Below are positions 1-8,150 of a DNA stretch of 56,130 nt, in pieces. A program made the position numbers and the translations under genes. Each line of letters opens with the position of its first letter. Positions within the stretch are counted from its first letter, which is position 1. This DNA comes from Clostridia bacterium (GTDB lineage Bacteria; Bacillota; Clostridia; UMGS1883): positions 1 to 56,130 of the forward strand of contig JAZOSB010000032.1 in assembly GCA_045656865.1 (NCBI GenBank). Direction: 5' to 3'. The notes beneath the pieces were generated by a model. The model was given only the letters and a program-made list of their open reading frames with translations. It ran no database searches and was not told the origin of the DNA.

Positions 1-130
1 CCTGCGGTGCGGAGATAATCACTTTGTTGTGCCATGTGCGTTTTCCGAGCGTGGCGAGGAAATTCTCGCACGGCATAAAATCAAACATTTTTTACTTTAT
101 AGGAATGTAAATTCCTATAAAGTAAAAAAG
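1..130. repeat. Structured dispersed repeat (MITE/REP-like), copy 1, truncated by the window edge
   Basis: 121/130 nt identical to 41693-41822; ends in a perfect 19-bp inverted repeat (88-106/111-129). Confidence 0.9.
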
Positions 131-362
131 ACTCCCGTCCACAAAGGGACGAGAGTTCTCGCGGTACCACCCTTATTCAAGGCAATGATGCCTTGCACTT
201 TTACACATTAACGCAGTATCACGCTCCGCTTAACGCACATTGCTTTTCACGGAGAGCTCCCGTGCTGAAATTCAAAGAGGCACACTACAGGGAAGCTTTC
301 AGCCCGTGACTCCCCCTCTCTCGGAAGTGATATGCCAATTCTACTTACACACGTTCAACGCC
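124..362 (-). promoter_or_regulatory. T-box riboswitch, probable Phe (UUC) specifier; the regulated gene is off the left edge (pheST likely)
   Basis: Minus strand has AGUA, AGAGAG and GGGCUGAAA stem I motifs, GAA-u-UUC-A specifier loop (UUC = complement of 267-269), T-box AAGGGUGGUACCGCG (160-174), and terminator ACUCUCGUCC/GGACGGGAGU followed by a U-run. Confidence 0.88.
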
Positions 363-372
363 GTACTTAGTA

Positions 373-402
373 ATAATAACATAAATTATTACATTTTGTC
401 AA
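373..402 (-). promoter_or_regulatory. SigA promoter of the T-box leader
   Basis: TTGACA-18nt-TATTAT with an extended TG, directly upstream of stem I. Confidence 0.7.
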
Positions 403-494
403 CCACAAAATACAATAGAACATAACATCCGTGATGGCATTTTTGCGCATATAAATCACCAAACAAAAATTTTTGATTTTTTTGAAAAAAGATG

Positions 495-523
495 TTGACA
501 ATCCATTACTCCTCTGTTATAAT
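495..523 (+). promoter_or_regulatory. Consensus SigA promoter for the tRNA
   Basis: TTGACA(495-500)-17nt-TATAAT(518-523) with an extended TG. Confidence 0.85.
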
Positions 524-557
524 AATCTACGTTGTCACGAGATGACACGTTCGATAT

Positions 558-640
558 GCGAGAGTGGCGGAATCGGCAGACGCGCACGTTTAAGGTGCGT
601 GTGGGAGACCATACGGGTTCAAGTCCCGTCTCTCGCACCA
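558..640 (+). tRNA. tRNA-Leu, anticodon AAG
   Basis: Acceptor stem GCGAGAG/CTCTCGC + ACCA; D-arm GGCGGAATCGGCAGACGC; anticodon stem CACGT/GCGTG with loop TTAAGGT (AAG at 592-594); long variable arm; T-arm GGGTTCAAGTCCC. Confidence 0.95.
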
Positions 641-641
641 T

Positions 642-669
642 AAAAAAGACATCTTCGGATGTCTTTTTT
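642..669 (+). terminator. Intrinsic terminator after the tRNA
   Basis: AAAAAAGACATC-TTCG-GATGTCTTTTTT. Confidence 0.85.
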
Positions 670-670
670 C

Positions 671-844
671 AGTTATATTTGCCTTACGGCAAGTTATATT
701 GCTGTGCAGTGTTATTTGGCTTATACCAAGTGGTATTGTGCTTCGCACAGTTTAAAGGCAAATATAATAACACTGAAACCACGGGTTTCAATATCACTTT
801 TGATTTATCAAAAATATCACTCCAACAAAGGCAGGAATATAACT
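671..844. repeat. Modular palindromic element: four AGTKNTATT nonamers facing four complementary AATANMACT nonamers, with mini-hairpin spacers
   Basis: Nonamers at 671, 692, 708, 729 and complementary ones at 766, 790, 813, 836; hairpins TGCC/GGCA, GTGC/GCAC, GAAACC/GGTTTC and TTTGAT/ATCAAA lie between them. Confidence 0.75.
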
Positions 845-882
845 AAAAACCACTTGCATCTAAATCATTCTGATTTGCCATA

Positions 883-964
883 AAAAACAAAGGTATCAAC
901 CCCAGTTGGTACCTTTGTTTTTTGCTTGTAAAAAGGTTCTCACCACACAAGGATGAGAACCTTT
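883..964 (-). terminator. Two tandem terminator hairpins downstream of the SLH gene
   Basis: AAAAACAAAGGTA..TACCTTTGTTTTT (~883-923) and AAAGGTTCTCA..TGAGAACCTTT (~932-964). Confidence 0.7.
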
Positions 965-976
965 AATTTTTACTTA

Positions 977-2836
977 TTATTTAGAAGGAGTTACAACAAA
1001 TGTTACTGCAACGAATGAGCCATTGGAATATGCGCCTGTTGCTATAACGTGGTCACCCTTCTTAATATTTCTGAAGTTCATTTCTCTGCCCGTTGTACCA
1101 TCGATAACCTTTGCACCGATACTGTTACCGAGCTTGCTTGCAAATACCTTTTCTGTAACACCACTGTCAGTAGTGATTTCTACATAGTAGTAGGAAGTGC
1201 TTATCTCGCCTACAACACCTGACTTGGAGGTTGATTCAGATTCTGCACTCTGCTCAATCTTTGTTATTGTAGAGCCGCTTAATGTAAGCTTAACCACGTT
1301 GCCGAGACGAAGGTCATATATTGTAGCAGTTTTTCCGCCTACGTTGTAGGTTGCTTCCATTGCAACGGGATATTCCTTTTCAACACCACCGGATGAAATT
1401 GTAAGGTAAGACTGTGTTGCAATCTTGATAGCTGTTATTGTACCGGAGTTACTACCCTGTGTACTTGTTGCAACAAGCTTGCTTATAACACCGCGCTTTA
1501 TAGTGAGGACAACCTTATCTCCTGCATAGATTTCACGGAGGGATGCGCTGATTCCGTCACGGCGGATTATAACGTCGGATGCGAGCTTATAGCTGAATAC
1601 ATTCTCAGAATTTGTAAGCTCGTCCTTCACAAGAACAGAAAGTGTTATGGGGTTTTCAAGATTTATATTCTGAATAGTACCCTGAACGGTAGCCTCTGCG
1701 GTTACACGGTCAATTGAAACAATCTCTGTTCCCAGGAGCTTAACAACTACATAGTCATTTGTCTTTACAGCAGAAATGCTGTCTGCAACACCGTTTGTAG
1801 TTACTTTGTAATCGGAGGTTGCATAGTAAGATACAACTTCATCTGTTCCGTCAAGAGTAATAGAAAGTCTTGTATAGCTGTCTTTTGAAACAACACTCTG
1901 AACAGTACCGCTTATAGTCTTGCTGGATTCGGGGCTGATAGCTTCAACAAAATGAATTTCTCTGCCGTATCGTGCTACTACTATTTCACTGTTGGAAAGA
2001 ATTGATGAAACAGCCGCTTTATTTCCGTCAATCAAAACCTTTGCCTGAGAGGGAACTGCATAGTCTTTCGTTATTCCGTCTGATGTTGTCAGATTAATAA
2101 CTCCGCTGTCAGGATTTACAGAATTAACAACGCCTGCCTCAACAGTCATATCAAGCTTTTCCATAATTCTGTAAAGAAGAACGCAAACCTGTGCACGGCT
2201 CAGAGCGCCATTAGCATCAAAGATAACACTTCCGTCTTCAGTCTGAACACCATTCATAAAACCATTTTCAACAACGTATGCTATATAGCCTGCATCACTG
2301 TGGTTAATTGTGGAATTATCGGCAAAGTCAAGCTGGTCGGAATATGTTCTTTCAATTTCAGCATCCATAAAGTTTGCAATGAACATTGCCGCATCCTTAC
2401 GGGGGAATGCTTCCTGATACTTACCGTCTTCAAGGTAAGCTACAATATCATCTTCATCAAGAATGCCTTTATATACAAGGAAAGAAATCTCTCTCTTGAA
2501 GGAATTATATGATTCGATATCAAGCTCCTGAAGAAGATACTGATACTTTTCATACGCAAGGTCAGCAATCTTAGAGTACGCGCTGTTTGAATAACCTGCA
2601 ACACGTGCAAACAGAATAACTGCCTCAATCTTGGTTATAGCCTTGTCAGGCTTAAATGTACCATCTGTATAACCCTTGATAATACCAAGGTCTGTCATTT
2701 CTTCAATCTGCTTTGCCGCCCAATCGTGGTCGGGGGAAAGTACATCGGGGAATGTGCCTGCCGCAAACGCAGGAAGCGCTGTGCAGGATAATATTAAACA
2801 AAGTGTAACGATAACGGACAGAAATCTTTTTTTCAT
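977..2836 (-). CDS. Secreted S-layer homology (SLH) domain protein with a beta-rich C-terminal region
   Basis: ATG at 2836 after GGAGG; signal peptide MKKRFLSVIV..AFA; SLH motifs FPDV..HDWA..GIIKGYTDGTFKPDKAITKIE and GFMNG..FDANGALSRAQ. Confidence 0.88.
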   Translation of the reverse strand: MKKRFLSVIVTLCLILSCTALPAFAAGTFPDVLSPDHDWAAKQIEEMTDLGIIKGYTDGTFKPDKAITKIEAVILFARVAGYSNSAYSKIADLAYEKYQYLLQELDIESYNSFKREISFLVYKGILDEDDIVAYLEDGKYQEAFPRKDAAMFIANFMDAEIERTYSDQLDFADNSTINHSDAGYIAYVVENGFMNGVQTEDGSVIFDANGALSRAQVCVLLYRIMEKLDMTVEAGVVNSVNPDSGVINLTTSDGITKDYAVPSQAKVLIDGNKAAVSSILSNSEIVVARYGREIHFVEAISPESSKTISGTVQSVVSKDSYTRLSITLDGTDEVVSYYATSDYKVTTNGVADSISAVKTNDYVVVKLLGTEIVSIDRVTAEATVQGTIQNINLENPITLSVLVKDELTNSENVFSYKLASDVIIRRDGISASLREIYAGDKVVLTIKRGVISKLVATSTQGSNSGTITAIKIATQSYLTISSGGVEKEYPVAMEATYNVGGKTATIYDLRLGNVVKLTLSGSTITKIEQSAESESTSKSGVVGEISTSYYYVEITTDSGVTEKVFASKLGNSIGAKVIDGTTGREMNFRNIKKGDHVIATGAYSNGSFVAVTFVVTPSK

Positions 2837-2995
2837 TTCTATCGTCCTCCTTCCTATACTTGTTATTATCATATCACACATAAAAGGAAAGTGCAATACA
2901 AAATTTCGAAAAATTGTGTAAATACTTACAATTTTTTTAACAAAAAGCACTACATTTGGTAGTTATGGCTATATTATGAATTTTCTATATTTTGA

Positions 2996-3024
2996 TTGAA
3001 TTAAACCCGAAACTGTGTTATAAT
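2996..3024 (+). promoter_or_regulatory. SigA promoter of the clp operon
   Basis: TTGAAT-17nt-TATAAT with an extended TG. Confidence 0.7.
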
Positions 3025-3053
3025 GTTATGCACGAAGAAAGGAATTGAATTTT

Positions 3054-5315
3054 ATGTTATGTACTCGCTGCAACAAAAATGTTGCTGTTATATTTGTAAC
3101 CCGTATGGAAGGCGGAAAAACCGTCAACGAAGGCTTGTGTATGCCCTGTGCAAGGGAGCTTGGCATTAATACAATGCAGCAGATGGCAGGCGGACTTGAT
3201 ATGGGTGATATGGAAAACTTAGAATCACAGATGATGGAAATGTTTGAAAATGAGGACAATGCTCCCGATGGCGGGGGAAACCCTCTTGCAAGCTTTTTTT
3301 CCAATATGTTCGGAGGTTTTCCTGCCTCTTCCCCCGAAAACGGAATCGAGAGTAGCGAAAAACCCGAGAAAAAGGATAAAGCAAAAAACAAGCCCGAGAA
3401 AAAGAAAAAGCTTCTTGATACCTACGGCACAAATCTGACTGCAAAAGCAAAAAGCGGTCAGGTGGATATGGTCGTGGGCCGCGACCGTGAAATAGAAAGG
3501 CTTGTACAGATACTTAACCGCCGTACAAAGAATAACCCTGCTCTTTTAGGTGAGCCTGGGGTTGGCAAAACAGCCATTGCAGAAGGGTTTGCCGAAAGAA
3601 TAGTAAGCGGTAATGTTCCCGAAAAGCTTCTTGACAAGGAGGTATATCTTCTTGACTTTACCGCAATTGTGGCAGGAACGCAATATCGCGGTCAGTTTGA
3701 AGCAAGGCTTAAAGGAATTATTGAAGAAACAAAAAAGCTTGGAAACATTATACTGGTAATTGATGAGCTTCATAATATTGTCGGTGCAGGAGATGCCGAG
3801 GGCGCTATGAGTGCCGCTAATATTTTAAAGCCTGCGCTTGCAAGAGGTGAAATTCAGGTAATAGGTGCAACCACACTTACCGAATACAGAAAATTCATTG
3901 AAAAGGATTCTGCTCTTGAAAGACGTTTCCAGACTGTTATAGTTGAAGAGCCGTCTCCCGAAGAAACCGTTGAGGTGCTTCGCGGAATAAAGGGCTATTA
4001 CGAAAATTATCACAAGGTTAAAATTTCAGATGAGGTCATAAATACTGCCGTTAATCTTTCAAGAAGATATATTACAGACAGATTTCTGCCCGACAAGGCA
4101 ATTGACCTTATTGACGAGGCAGGAAGCCGTGCAAACCTCAAAAATGCAATTCTTGTGCAGATAGCGCACACAGAAAAGGAGCTTGCCACACTTACAGCAC
4201 GGATAGAGGAAGAAAACACGCCCTCCGAAGAGGAAAATACCGAGCAGAATTATGAAAAGCTTGCGGAACTCAAAACCCGTGAATGTACTCTCCGTCAGGA
4301 GATTGATAACCTTAAAGAACAGCTTTCTGATGTAAGTCTTACTCCCGACGATATTGCATACGTAGTTGAGTCATGGACAAAAATCCCCGTACAGAGGATT
4401 ACTCAGGCAGAAACAGAAAGACTTCTCGGTCTTGAAGAAAGACTTCACAAGCGTATTATAGGGCAAAACGAAGCGGTAAGTGCAGTAAGCCGTGCAATAC
4501 GCAGAAACCGTGCGGCACTTTCCAAAAAGCTCCGTCCTGCAAGCTTCATTTTTGTAGGACCTACGGGCGTTGGTAAGACAGAGCTTGTAAAACAGCTTGC
4601 AACAGAGCTTTTTGACAGTGAGGATGCACTTATCCGTGTAGATATGACAGAATTTATGGAGAAGCATTCCGTTTCAAAACTGGTTGGCTCTCCTCCGGGA
4701 TATGTGGGCTATGATGATGCAGGTCAGCTTACCGAAAAGGTGAGAAGAAAGCCGTACTGTGTGGTGCTTTTTGATGAAATTGAAAAGGCACATCCCGATG
4801 TTCTTAACATTATGCTTCAGATACTTGATGACGGCAGAATAACCGACAGCCACGGCAAGGTGGTAAGCTTTGAAAACACTGTTATCGTTATGACAAGCAA
4901 TGCAGGAAGCGACTGGAAAGGAAGCGGCATCGGTTTTGCGGAGAGTATTTCCAAGCAGAACAAGGAAAAGGTTAACCGTGCACTTAAAGCCGTTTTCCGT
5001 CCCGAATTTCTTAACCGTGTTGACGAAATCATAGTTTTTGACGAGCTTAACCATAGCGAAATGAAGGAAATTCTTGAGCTTATGCTCTCTGAACTTTCGG
5101 AAATGCTTGAAAACAAGGGGATTGCTCTTTCCGTAACTGACGAGGTAAAAGAGCTGCTTGTAAATGATGCTGTACGTGAGCATCTTGGTGCAAGGCCTTT
5201 AAGAAGGCTTATCGGACGCAAGATTGAGGATAAGATTGCGGACATTATAATAAGTGGCTCTTATAAAAATGAAGTAACCATTTTGATGAAAGACGGCGAA
5301 ATTATTTGTGAGTAG
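3054..5315 (+). CDS. clpC: ATP-dependent Clp protease ATP-binding subunit (ClpC/ClpE type, N-terminal CxxC..CxxC Zn finger)
   Basis: Two Walker A motifs (GEPGVGKT, GPTGVGKT), DKAIDLIDEA, GSPPGYVGYD, RPEFLNRVDE, GARPLRR. Confidence 0.92.
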   Translation: MLCTRCNKNVAVIFVTRMEGGKTVNEGLCMPCARELGINTMQQMAGGLDMGDMENLESQMMEMFENEDNAPDGGGNPLASFFSNMFGGFPASSPENGIESSEKPEKKDKAKNKPEKKKKLLDTYGTNLTAKAKSGQVDMVVGRDREIERLVQILNRRTKNNPALLGEPGVGKTAIAEGFAERIVSGNVPEKLLDKEVYLLDFTAIVAGTQYRGQFEARLKGIIEETKKLGNIILVIDELHNIVGAGDAEGAMSAANILKPALARGEIQVIGATTLTEYRKFIEKDSALERRFQTVIVEEPSPEETVEVLRGIKGYYENYHKVKISDEVINTAVNLSRRYITDRFLPDKAIDLIDEAGSRANLKNAILVQIAHTEKELATLTARIEEENTPSEEENTEQNYEKLAELKTRECTLRQEIDNLKEQLSDVSLTPDDIAYVVESWTKIPVQRITQAETERLLGLEERLHKRIIGQNEAVSAVSRAIRRNRAALSKKLRPASFIFVGPTGVGKTELVKQLATELFDSEDALIRVDMTEFMEKHSVSKLVGSPPGYVGYDDAGQLTEKVRRKPYCVVLFDEIEKAHPDVLNIMLQILDDGRITDSHGKVVSFENTVIVMTSNAGSDWKGSGIGFAESISKQNKEKVNRALKAVFRPEFLNRVDEIIVFDELNHSEMKEILELMLSELSEMLENKGIALSVTDEVKELLVNDAVREHLGARPLRRLIGRKIEDKIADIIISGSYKNEVTILMKDGEIICE

Positions 5316-6225
5316 TAAATTTCTGTTTTTATACAATACTCCCATGCAGAGGGCGGAGCTTATAAAATGCGAAAAAGTAATAAAGGCACTCTTCCGAAAG
5401 TTCAGGAAAAGTGCTGTGTTTACTTATTTGCAGACGGATACCTCCCCCTGCTGTATAGATGCTTTTAGTTCTATGCTTACTGATGAATTTCAAAAAGATG
5501 ATGCTGTTTTTATAAGCAGTGACATATCGAAACAGATGAAAGACATTCTCGGAGAATATGCAGAGGTACATTTTTTAAAAGGATGTGCAATTTGCCATCC
5601 TTCATCATTAATTTATACCGAAAAACAGGAAAATGAGATTTGCTTTACCCATACATTAAACCGTGAGAATATTAGTAAAGCTGTAGAAATTGCCATTGAC
5701 CTTTCCCTTAAAAGAAAGAAAAAGCTTACAGTTTGCAATGTTGAAGACACAGGTCCATTTATTGAAGAAGCCCTTACGAATGCGTTTGACAAGTCGATTC
5801 ACATTGAGAAAGAGTATTTGTCCTTTGACGAAGCACTTTTTACGTGTATGAATACCATACCGCAGTTTGATGTAGTGCTTACAGCAGAGCAAGCTGCAAA
5901 AATTCTGAAAATGCATATAGGTTATACGGGAGGGTTTTGTTCATCAGCAATCCCTGATGGTTATTCGGTTATCTATACAGACAAGGGGAAAGTCTACACA
6001 AGACAGGCTCTCCCGTATGAGCAGATGAATAGCACAGTCCTATTTTCCTTCCTGCTGGCATTTTCCGCAATCCTTGAAAAAGAGCTTTCTATGAAAAGTG
6101 CGGCAGACTGGCTCAAAAGAGCTTCTTCACTGTCTTTTGAAACTCACAGAAATGCTCAGGAAGATGATTTTATAAACAAGGTTATTTTAGAGATTGAAAA
6201 GCCAATGAGAAAACACGCGAGGTAG
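5308..6225 (+). CDS. Hypothetical protein; degenerate isopropylmalate/isocitrate dehydrogenase (LeuB)-fold homolog
   Basis: Translationally coupled to clpC; RKKKLTV, PQFDVVLT and LLAFSAILEKELSMKSAADWLKRA echo LeuB motifs, but the catalytic motifs are missing. Confidence 0.55.
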   Translation: MSSKFLFLYNTPMQRAELIKCEKVIKALFRKFRKSAVFTYLQTDTSPCCIDAFSSMLTDEFQKDDAVFISSDISKQMKDILGEYAEVHFLKGCAICHPSSLIYTEKQENEICFTHTLNRENISKAVEIAIDLSLKRKKKLTVCNVEDTGPFIEEALTNAFDKSIHIEKEYLSFDEALFTCMNTIPQFDVVLTAEQAAKILKMHIGYTGGFCSSAIPDGYSVIYTDKGKVYTRQALPYEQMNSTVLFSFLLAFSAILEKELSMKSAADWLKRASSLSFETHRNAQEDDFINKVILEIEKPMRKHAR

Positions 6226-6229
6226 CGAA

Positions 6230-7045
6230 ATGATAGTAGAGATAAAAGATTTTGTCCCCGAACACACCTTTGACTGCGGACAATGCTTCCGCTGGGAAAA
6301 ACAGCCCGACGGCAGTTATATAGGAGTTGCCAATTCACAGGCGGTCAGGATTTCTGCAAAGGGAAGCACTGTGGAAATACAGGGTATTACCCCCGAAGAT
6401 TATGCAAGCTTCTGGAAAAGGTACCTTGATGCCGACAGAGATTATTCTGCCGTAAAAAGTGCAGTAAATATAAATGCCACTATGGATAAAGCCGTAAAAT
6501 TCGGAAACGGAATACGAATTCTCAGACAGGATTTTTTTGAAGCACTTATTTCCTTTATAATATCACAGAGAAGCTCTATTCCGAAAATCAAAAACTGTGT
6601 GGACAAGCTATGCAGACTATATGGAAACGAAATTAAGTTTGATGGAAAGTCATACTATTCCTTTCCCGCCCCCGAAACAATTGCCTCTCTTTCTGAGGAT
6701 GACCTCCGCGCATTGGGCGTAGGATATCGTGCACCGTACATACTGAAAGCGGCAAAGGCCGTGGCAGACGGTGATATTGACGTAAGTGTTCTTGATACGC
6801 TTGACACACCCTCTGCAAGAGAAAAGCTTCTCACCCTTTATGGTGTAGGTGATAAGGTATGCGACTGTGTTCTTCTGTTTTCCCTCGGGAAATACGACCT
6901 CTTCCCTGCTGATGTATGGATAAAGAGGGTTATGGAAGAGGAATTTGATTCAAAGGATGCAAAAAAGCTAGGTGAATCACAGTTTGGTTCTTACAGCGGT
7001 TTTGCACAGCAGTATCTTTTTTATTGGAGGAAATACAATGTTTAA
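6230..7045 (+). CDS. ogg: 8-oxoguanine DNA glycosylase (Ogg1-like, HhH-GPD)
   Basis: TFDCGQCFRW, GIRILRQD, GVGYRA, HhH LYGVGDKVCDCVLLF, FPADVW, GFAQQYLF. Confidence 0.92.
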   Translation: MIVEIKDFVPEHTFDCGQCFRWEKQPDGSYIGVANSQAVRISAKGSTVEIQGITPEDYASFWKRYLDADRDYSAVKSAVNINATMDKAVKFGNGIRILRQDFFEALISFIISQRSSIPKIKNCVDKLCRLYGNEIKFDGKSYYSFPAPETIASLSEDDLRALGVGYRAPYILKAAKAVADGDIDVSVLDTLDTPSAREKLLTLYGVGDKVCDCVLLFSLGKYDLFPADVWIKRVMEEEFDSKDAKKLGESQFGSYSGFAQQYLFYWRKYNV

Positions 7046-7547
7046 GAATTTTTACGCAGACACGTATTTTGAAAATATAAAAGATGTTTCTCCCGAATAC
7101 CTTAAAGAGAAAGGTATTGAGGGAATTATTCTTGACATCGACAACACCCTTATCGGGCATGATGTCCCTATCCCCGATGAAAAAACTATGGCGCATCTTC
7201 GTCTTTTTGAATCTGCAGGACTTAAACTGTGCGTTGTTTCCAATAATAAGTATGAAAGAGTAAAGAATTTCACCGAAAAAATCGGTGTGGAGTTTTTTGT
7301 TCACGAGGCATTAAAGCCAAAAAAACACGGCTACATTGAAGCTTCCAGTGAGATGGATCTTCCTATGAATAAAATAGCCGCAATTGGTGACCAGATTTTT
7401 ACCGATGTGTGGGGTGCAAAAAGAGCAGGTTGCTTTGCAATACTTACAAAGCCGCTGCACAAAGGCAACGAGGGAAAATTCATTGCATTTAAAAGAGTTC
7501 TTGAAAAACCTTTTGTAAAAAAGATACAGAAGAAACAAAATTTGTGA
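7038..7547 (+). CDS. yqeG: YqeG-family HAD IIIA phosphatase
   Basis: ATG at 7038 after GGAGG; DIDNTL, VSNN, KP, IGDQIFTDVWGA. Confidence 0.9.
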   Translation: MFKNFYADTYFENIKDVSPEYLKEKGIEGIILDIDNTLIGHDVPIPDEKTMAHLRLFESAGLKLCVVSNNKYERVKNFTEKIGVEFFVHEALKPKKHGYIEASSEMDLPMNKIAAIGDQIFTDVWGAKRAGCFAILTKPLHKGNEGKFIAFKRVLEKPFVKKIQKKQNL

Positions 7548-7563
7548 TATTTTCAAAAAAAGC

Positions 7564-7592
7564 TTGCATTCTATATATTTAGATGATATAAT
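7564..7592 (+). promoter_or_regulatory. SigA promoter of the rimP-nusA-infB operon
   Basis: TTGCAT-17nt-TATAAT with an extended TG. Confidence 0.75.
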
Positions 7593-7606
7593 ACCTTTGA
7601 CGTAAA

Positions 7607-7639
7607 CGAAGGAGTGGGTTGCAAAAACCCACTCTTTCG
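7607..7639 (+). promoter_or_regulatory. rimP leader hairpin (attenuator-like)
   Basis: GGAGTGGGTT-GCAAA-AACCCACTCTTTC between the promoter and rimP, matching the GAGUGGG/CCCACUC stem commonly found upstream of Firmicutes rimP. Confidence 0.7.
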
Positions 7640-7675
7640 CATTATATTAAACCAAATTTCGGAAGGGATGGTAAC

Positions 7676-8131
7676 TTGGCAAAGATTGATGAAGCACTTG
7701 AAAAGCTTGCCGCAGATGTCTGTGAAAGGCACGGTGTATATATTTACAACACCGAGTATAAAAAAGAGGGCAGTGAATATTTCCTCCGTCTCTTTATTGA
7801 CAAGGACGGCGGCGTAACCATTGAGGATTGCGAAAATGTAAGCCGTGATATAAGTCCGCTTCTCGACGATTTGACATTTATTAAGGAAGCGTATATTTTT
7901 GAAGTTTCCTCCCCGGGTATTGACCGCGCGCTTACCCGTGACTGGCATTTTGAAAAGGTAATGGGTGAAGAAATTGAAATCAAGCTTTTTGCACCTCTTG
8001 ACGGCAAAAAGGAGTTAAGCGGTGTACTTACAGGTTATTCTGACGGTATTATCACCGTTTCGGAAAACGATAAAGAGATTACAATTGAAAAAAGCAAGGC
8101 TGCATCTGTGCGTCTTGCATTCAAATTTTGA
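7676..8131 (+). CDS. rimP: Ribosome maturation factor RimP
   Basis: LRLFIDKDGGVTIEDCENVSR, FEVSSPGIDR; probable TTG start after GGAAGG; first gene of the nusA operon. Confidence 0.93.
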   Translation: MAKIDEALEKLAADVCERHGVYIYNTEYKKEGSEYFLRLFIDKDGGVTIEDCENVSRDISPLLDDLTFIKEAYIFEVSSPGIDRALTRDWHFEKVMGEEIEIKLFAPLDGKKELSGVLTGYSDGIITVSENDKEITIEKSKAASVRLAFKF

Positions 8132-8150
8132 TAGGAGTGTTTAGAAAAAA

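Noticed and set aside
29-211. 60-aa ORF with a near-identical twin at 41676-41870, suggesting a duplicated small protein
   Set aside because: Both are translations of the palindromic DNA repeat; no RBS, non-ATG starts, similarity stops at the repeat boundary, and substitutions track RNA/DNA structure.
558-640. Reading the anticodon as TAA
   Set aside because: That register breaks the anticodon stem (GCACG/TGCGT mispairs); CACGT/GCGTG with AAG gives a canonical 7-nt loop with U33 and a purine at 37.
671-844. Possible mini-CRISPR array
   Set aside because: Repeats are 9 nt with 7-15 nt spacers and invert halfway; no cas genes are present.
456-883. ORFs 456-641, 532-846 and 659-883
   Set aside because: They overlap the tRNA-Leu, its terminator and the nonamer element; no RBS or protein-like features.
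558-2836. tRNA-integrated genomic island or prophage
   Set aside because: No integrase, no duplicated tRNA 3' end seen, and flanking genes look native.
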